A DNA stretch of 64,000 nt from an uncultured Candidatus Poseidoniales archaeon. Its GTDB lineage: Archaea > Thermoplasmatota > Poseidoniia > Poseidoniales > Thalassarchaeaceae. Shown piece after piece: positions 59,941-64,000 of the stretch. The position numbers were made by a program, and so were the translations under genes. The notes under the pieces were generated by a model. That model made no database searches and had not been told where the DNA came from. It worked only from the letters and a program-made list of their open reading frames with translations. The stretch is taken from NCBI GenBank assembly GCA_905182515.1, contig CAJJBW010000007.1, positions 17,025-81,024 on the forward strand, read 5' to 3'. Each line of letters opens with the position of its first letter. Position 1 is the first letter of the stretch.

Positions 59941-60366
59941 GTGACTCGTGACGAGATACGACAAGAAGACCATTCTGACAAAGCATGGGCAATACACGCT
60001 GCAATAATAGGCCTTAATTCTGGTAACCTATTGTTTAGGGGATTAGAATTAAATCCGGATAATCCAGAGATATTAACTGTGGTTTGTCTATCTGCACTTG
60101 CAATAGCCCTGCCGTTCCAAGCAATATTTTTTCTCATTAATTCGTATATCCAAGAAACTACTAATGTACACGGGATAGAATATCAAATGTTACTAAGGTT
60201 GTCAGTCATATGTCAAACAGTTTCTTATCTTTCATTAATTAGTATTGGGATATTGATGTTTGATACCCATATTTATATTGGTATTTCATTCTCAACAGGT
60301 GCAATAATTGCATTTTTCTTACTAAGGTCGGCCCTAACCCAAGTAGATATTTTGGCTAAATTATGA
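59941..60366 (+). CDS. 4-TM membrane protein, unknown function
   Basis: Hydrophobic 141-aa ORF; start uncertain. Confidence 0.7.
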   Translation: MTRDEIRQEDHSDKAWAIHAAIIGLNSGNLLFRGLELNPDNPEILTVVCLSALAIALPFQAIFFLINSYIQETTNVHGIEYQMLLRLSVICQTVSYLSLISIGILMFDTHIYIGISFSTGAIIAFFLLRSALTQVDILAKL

Positions 60367-60369
60367 AAA

Positions 60370-60831
60370 TCATAACTCTTTGGGTCTTAATATTTTTTGT
60401 AAAACCCATCGGCCATTATTATTAATCATCAATGCTGCTGAAGCTGTTGACATTTCATGCCAACCGCCAGTTAAATGACCAATTAGTAACTCACAACCAG
60501 GATTGTGCCCTAATAACATGGTCGTTTTATTTTCCAAAATAGACTGCAGAGAGATTAGTAATTGGTCAATTCCGGCAAGGTAAAGTTCAGGCATGATTTC
60601 TATCTTAGTTTCTTTGGCATTAAAATTCATATTTGATAGTGTTTCCTGAGTACGTTTCGAACTGCTTAAAAGAATCAAATCTGGAATCCAATTTTCATTA
60701 ATTAATTTTTGGAAAATTTTTGGAGCATCCTTCGACCCACGTGAGTTTAACGGCCTATCATGATCTGAAAGTGAATTGTTTTTCCAACTACTTTTTGCAT
60801 GGCGCATAATTATTAATCTGGTGTTGGTAAT
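60370..60831 (-). CDS. SixA-like histidine phosphatase
   Basis: RLIIMRHAKS, DHDRPL, SSSKRT, GHNP; start codon non-canonical or mutated. Confidence 0.88.
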   Translation of the reverse strand: MTNTRLIIMRHAKSSWKNNSLSDHDRPLNSRGSKDAPKIFQKLINENWIPDLILLSSSKRTQETLSNMNFNAKETKIEIMPELYLAGIDQLLISLQSILENKTTMLLGHNPGCELLIGHLTGGWHEMSTASAALMINNNGRWVLQKILRPKEL

Positions 60832-61628
60832 TATTCTTCCCCCAAGTTATTAAAATTAGGTTTTCTTTTTTCCAAAAAGGATGAGACTCCTTCTGAGAAC
60901 TCTTGAGTCAGAGATGCAGATACCATTAATGCTCTTTCAAATTCTAACTGTGTTTCGAAAAATGTAGAAGTCGATGCATCTAATAATTGCTTAGTAGAAC
61001 GACGGCTCATAATCGACCATTTTCCCCAATCCCTAGCTAAAGATATAGATTTAGATATTAATTCTTCGGAGTTACATACTTCATCGACTGCCCCTAATCT
61101 TAGTGCTTTATCGCCATCCCATATTTCATTATTGAAGAAAAAGCGCTTTGTAACTTGAGTTCCAACTAGCCTAGGGAGTAACCATGTCGTACCCCCATCA
61201 GGAGAAAGCCCTAAAGAAAAAAATGCTGCAGCTAATTTAGCATTTCTCAGAGATATTCGGTAATCCATTGCTAAAGCAAGTCCTAATCCCCCTCCTGCGG
61301 CAGCGCCATTTATAGCAGCAACAAATACCTTTGGTGATGCACGTATTTTCAACAATAAAGGGTGTAAGGAGCCTGTCATTTCTTCTACCATTGTTCCAAT
61401 TGTGCCTGCATCAATGGCATTTGCAAATTCATCTATTGGTCCACCGGCGCTAAAAAAATTCCCTGTTCCTGTAAGTATTATTGACAAGCACTTTTTATCA
61501 TTCATCAATTCATCCAATGTTTCGGCTAAAACATTTATATTTTTCCGAGTAAAGGTATTTTTTGATGCTGAGGCTGAAAGAGTAACTAAAGCCACCCCTC
61601 CTTCATGTCTATTGACTGTTAAAACCAT
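60831..61628 (-). CDS. Enoyl-CoA hydratase/isomerase (PaaG-like)
   Basis: FSAGG, AINGAAAGGG, GLSPDGG.T..LPRLVG, FLEKRKP. Confidence 0.9.
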   Translation of the reverse strand: MVLTVNRHEGGVALVTLSASASKNTFTRKNINVLAETLDELMNDKKCLSIILTGTGNFFSAGGPIDEFANAIDAGTIGTMVEEMTGSLHPLLLKIRASPKVFVAAINGAAAGGGLGLALAMDYRISLRNAKLAAAFFSLGLSPDGGTTWLLPRLVGTQVTKRFFFNNEIWDGDKALRLGAVDEVCNSEELISKSISLARDWGKWSIMSRRSTKQLLDASTSTFFETQLEFERALMVSASLTQEFSEGVSSFLEKRKPNFNNLGEE

Positions 61629-61697
61629 ATTAAGGCGTAGAGGCATTTCTTTTTCAAATGCATGAATATCATAAGAAGTGGCGCTTTCCGTTGAGAC

Positions 61698-63116
61698 ATG
61701 CATAACCACGAGGCACTATATATCAACGGGCAATGGGTTAAATCAAATGGAAATAGTAAAATTGATATTATTAATCCAACAACTGAAAGGAAAATTGGAT
61801 CTGTACCAGCAGGATCCGTAAATGACATAGACGAAGCAGTTAAAGCAGCCAAAACCGCATTCAAAGAATGGTCTCAAAGTAATATTGAAGATAGAATAAA
61901 GATACTAAATTTATTATCTGCTTCATTCAAAGAACGGGAAGAGGAATTGGCTCAGATTATTACTGCAGAGGTAGGGACTCCGATTGGATACTCCCGCACA
62001 GCAATGGTAGGTACACCTAGGGTCGTTGCTCGTTCATATTCCAAAATACTAGAAAATTTTGAATGGGAAGAAGAAGTTAGAAATTCATTAATTGTCAAGG
62101 AAGGAATAGGAGTTTGTGCATTTATTACTCCATGGAATTTTCCCTTACATCAAATAATTGGAAAGGTTGCACCAGCAATAGCATCTGGATGCACAATGAT
62201 ATTAAAACCATCAAAAGAAGCCCCATTAAGTGCATTTATTCTTGCTGATATCTTACATGATATCGGCCTTCCACCAGGGGTATTCAACTTAGTTTCCGGT
62301 CATGGCTCTGAGATTGGAGAATATTTGGCAAGTCATCCAAATGTTGACATGGTTTCTTTTACTGGATCTACAAATGCAGGTATTGCAGTTAGCCATGCTG
62401 CTGCTGATAGCATTAAACGGGTGACTTTAGAATTAGGAGGAAAAAGTGCTAATGTCGCCTTGGATGATGCTGATCCTGTATTAGTTGTAAAAAAAGCTCT
62501 TGCTGCTTGCCACCAAAATAGTGGCCAAACATGTTCAGCATTGACTAGACTAATTATTCCTGAAAGTATGAAAGATGAAGTTTATAATCTGATTAAGGCT
62601 AAAAATGATTCCTATACTGTTGGAAATCCATTGGATGATAAGACACGTTGTGGGCCCATGGTTAGTAAAAATCAACAAGCAAGTGTTACAAAATATATCG
62701 ACATAGGGATAAAAGAAGGTGCAACATTGATTTCTGGAGGCTTGGGGATGCCGGAAGGGATTGAAACTGGATTTTTTGTCAAGCCAACCATCTTTGGAGA
62801 TGTTACTTCAGAGATGACTATATGGAAGGAAGAGATTTTTGGACCTGTTCTTGCTATCACCACCTACAATAATGAAGCCGAGGCACTAAACCTTGCTAAT
62901 GATTCAATTTATGGCTTATCAGGAGGAGTTTGGTCCGAGAGTGAAGAGAGGGCTATTGAATTTGCAAAAGGAATGCGTACTGGCCAAGTAAGTATTAATG
63001 GAGGATTTTTTAATGTTACTGCCCCATTTGGAGGTTATAAATTATCAGGAAATGGGAGAGAATTAGGAGTGCATGGGCTGAATGAATTTTTAGAGATAAA
63101 GTCCATTCAACGTTAA
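61698..63116 (+). CDS. Aldehyde dehydrogenase
   Basis: ITPWNFP, FTGS, LELGGKS, GQTC, EEIFGP, PFGGYK.SG. Confidence 0.96.
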   Translation: MHNHEALYINGQWVKSNGNSKIDIINPTTERKIGSVPAGSVNDIDEAVKAAKTAFKEWSQSNIEDRIKILNLLSASFKEREEELAQIITAEVGTPIGYSRTAMVGTPRVVARSYSKILENFEWEEEVRNSLIVKEGIGVCAFITPWNFPLHQIIGKVAPAIASGCTMILKPSKEAPLSAFILADILHDIGLPPGVFNLVSGHGSEIGEYLASHPNVDMVSFTGSTNAGIAVSHAAADSIKRVTLELGGKSANVALDDADPVLVVKKALAACHQNSGQTCSALTRLIIPESMKDEVYNLIKAKNDSYTVGNPLDDKTRCGPMVSKNQQASVTKYIDIGIKEGATLISGGLGMPEGIETGFFVKPTIFGDVTSEMTIWKEEIFGPVLAITTYNNEAEALNLANDSIYGLSGGVWSESEERAIEFAKGMRTGQVSINGGFFNVTAPFGGYKLSGNGRELGVHGLNEFLEIKSIQR

Positions 63117-63121
63117 AAATG

Positions 63122-63955
63122 TTATCTCCCTGACCATTTAGGATTTTTTCTTTCTAAAAATGCTTTAACTCCAATTTCTTTATCCTCTGTATCAAAAAGA
63201 GCTACGAATTCTGAGCGTTCAGCAAGAACACCTTCTGAAAATGGTAAATCAAGAGATGCGCGAATTGCTCGTTTGGCAACTTTAATAGTGTACGGTGATT
63301 TTTTGGCTATATTCATTGCGAAGGAAATTGTGGCAGACTCTAATTCACTCGATTCAAAAACATGGTTAACTAAGCCAATTTTCAATGCATCGTCTGCCTC
63401 AATCATATTTCCTCCTAATACAATTTCCATTGCTTTTCCATAACCTAAAAGCCTACACAGGCGTTGCGTCCCCCCTCCTCCAGGAATCAAACCTAAATTA
63501 ATTTCTGGTTGTCCAAATTTGGCATCATTAGACGCGAGCCTCATATCGCATGAAAGAGCTAATTCAGTACCCCCTCCCAAAGCGAATCCATCGACCATAG
63601 CAATAGTTGGCTTAGATAATCTCCAAACTGCTTCCCATCCATTATCTTCAAAAAATGACCGTACATCATCAGAGTTTTTACCTTCAAACTCTGAAATATC
63701 TGCTCCAGCAGCAAACGCGGATGGTTTGGCTCTCTTTCCCTCAAGAGCAGGTAGTGGCTTGGCGCCCTTGATGACAACAACCCTGATATTATCATCTGAT
63801 TCTACTCTTTGGCACTGTTTTTTAATTTCCTCATGCAATTGATGATTCAATGCATTTAATTTATTTGGACGATTTAAGGTCCATATTGATATGATTCCAC
63901 CTTTGGGATAAGAGTCTTCGACATGAACATCATCTATCAGCAATACTTCTTCCAT
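63122..63955 (-). CDS. Enoyl-CoA hydratase (crotonase)
   Basis: [40 protein letters not shown]. Confidence 0.93.
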   Translation of the reverse strand: MEEVLLIDDVHVEDSYPKGGIISIWTLNRPNKLNALNHQLHEEIKKQCQRVESDDNIRVVVIKGAKPLPALEGKRAKPSAFAAGADISEFEGKNSDDVRSFFEDNGWEAVWRLSKPTIAMVDGFALGGGTELALSCDMRLASNDAKFGQPEINLGLIPGGGGTQRLCRLLGYGKAMEIVLGGNMIEADDALKIGLVNHVFESSELESATISFAMNIAKKSPYTIKVAKRAIRASLDLPFSEGVLAERSEFVALFDTEDKEIGVKAFLERKNPKWSGR

Positions 63956-64000
63956 GTATGCTGGAAGGCACCCCAGCGCTTGAAGAATACGGTTCTTCAA

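Noticed and set aside
1-64000. tRNA, rRNA, integrase, transposase, restriction-modification or other defence genes
   Set aside because: I recognised no cloverleaf or T-loop motifs, long GC-rich structural RNA or recombinase motifs by eye. A tRNAscan/Infernal run would be needed to exclude them fully.

Overview
This is an AT-rich, very gene-dense archaeal chromosome segment. The TATA-binding protein, archaeal SepF, mevalonate kinase, wyosine synthase Taw1, archaellin-type pilin and MutS-like ATPase, together with many bacterial-type catabolic genes, best fit Marine Group II Euryarchaeota (Poseidoniales); this taxonomy is inferred from gene content only. About 70 CDS are supported. They include hppA, polX, nth, tbp, mvk, cysS, ileS, nadE, guaB, pdxH, msrA, selO, lemA, peroxiredoxins, hydrolases, lipoproteins and fatty-acid/aldehyde catabolism genes, plus several small decayed ORFs. 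I found no rRNA, tRNA, CRISPR array, integrase or transposase. The most unusual items are: (1) a protein built from about three fused histone folds (36747-37553); (2) an orphan archaellin with a Ca2+-binding beta-gamma-crystallin domain inserted into it (55545-56393); (3) a TBP with a ~54-aa acidic insertion; (4) a PolX whose third catalytic Asp appears replaced by Gln next to an insertion; (5) an IleRS with GIHH instead of HIGH; (6) a LemA + GIDE-domain membrane operon; (7) a class IV aminotransferase + sulfotransferase-like pair; and (8) a lone phage-tail-like protein. All calls rest on motif recognition by eye; no database searches were run.
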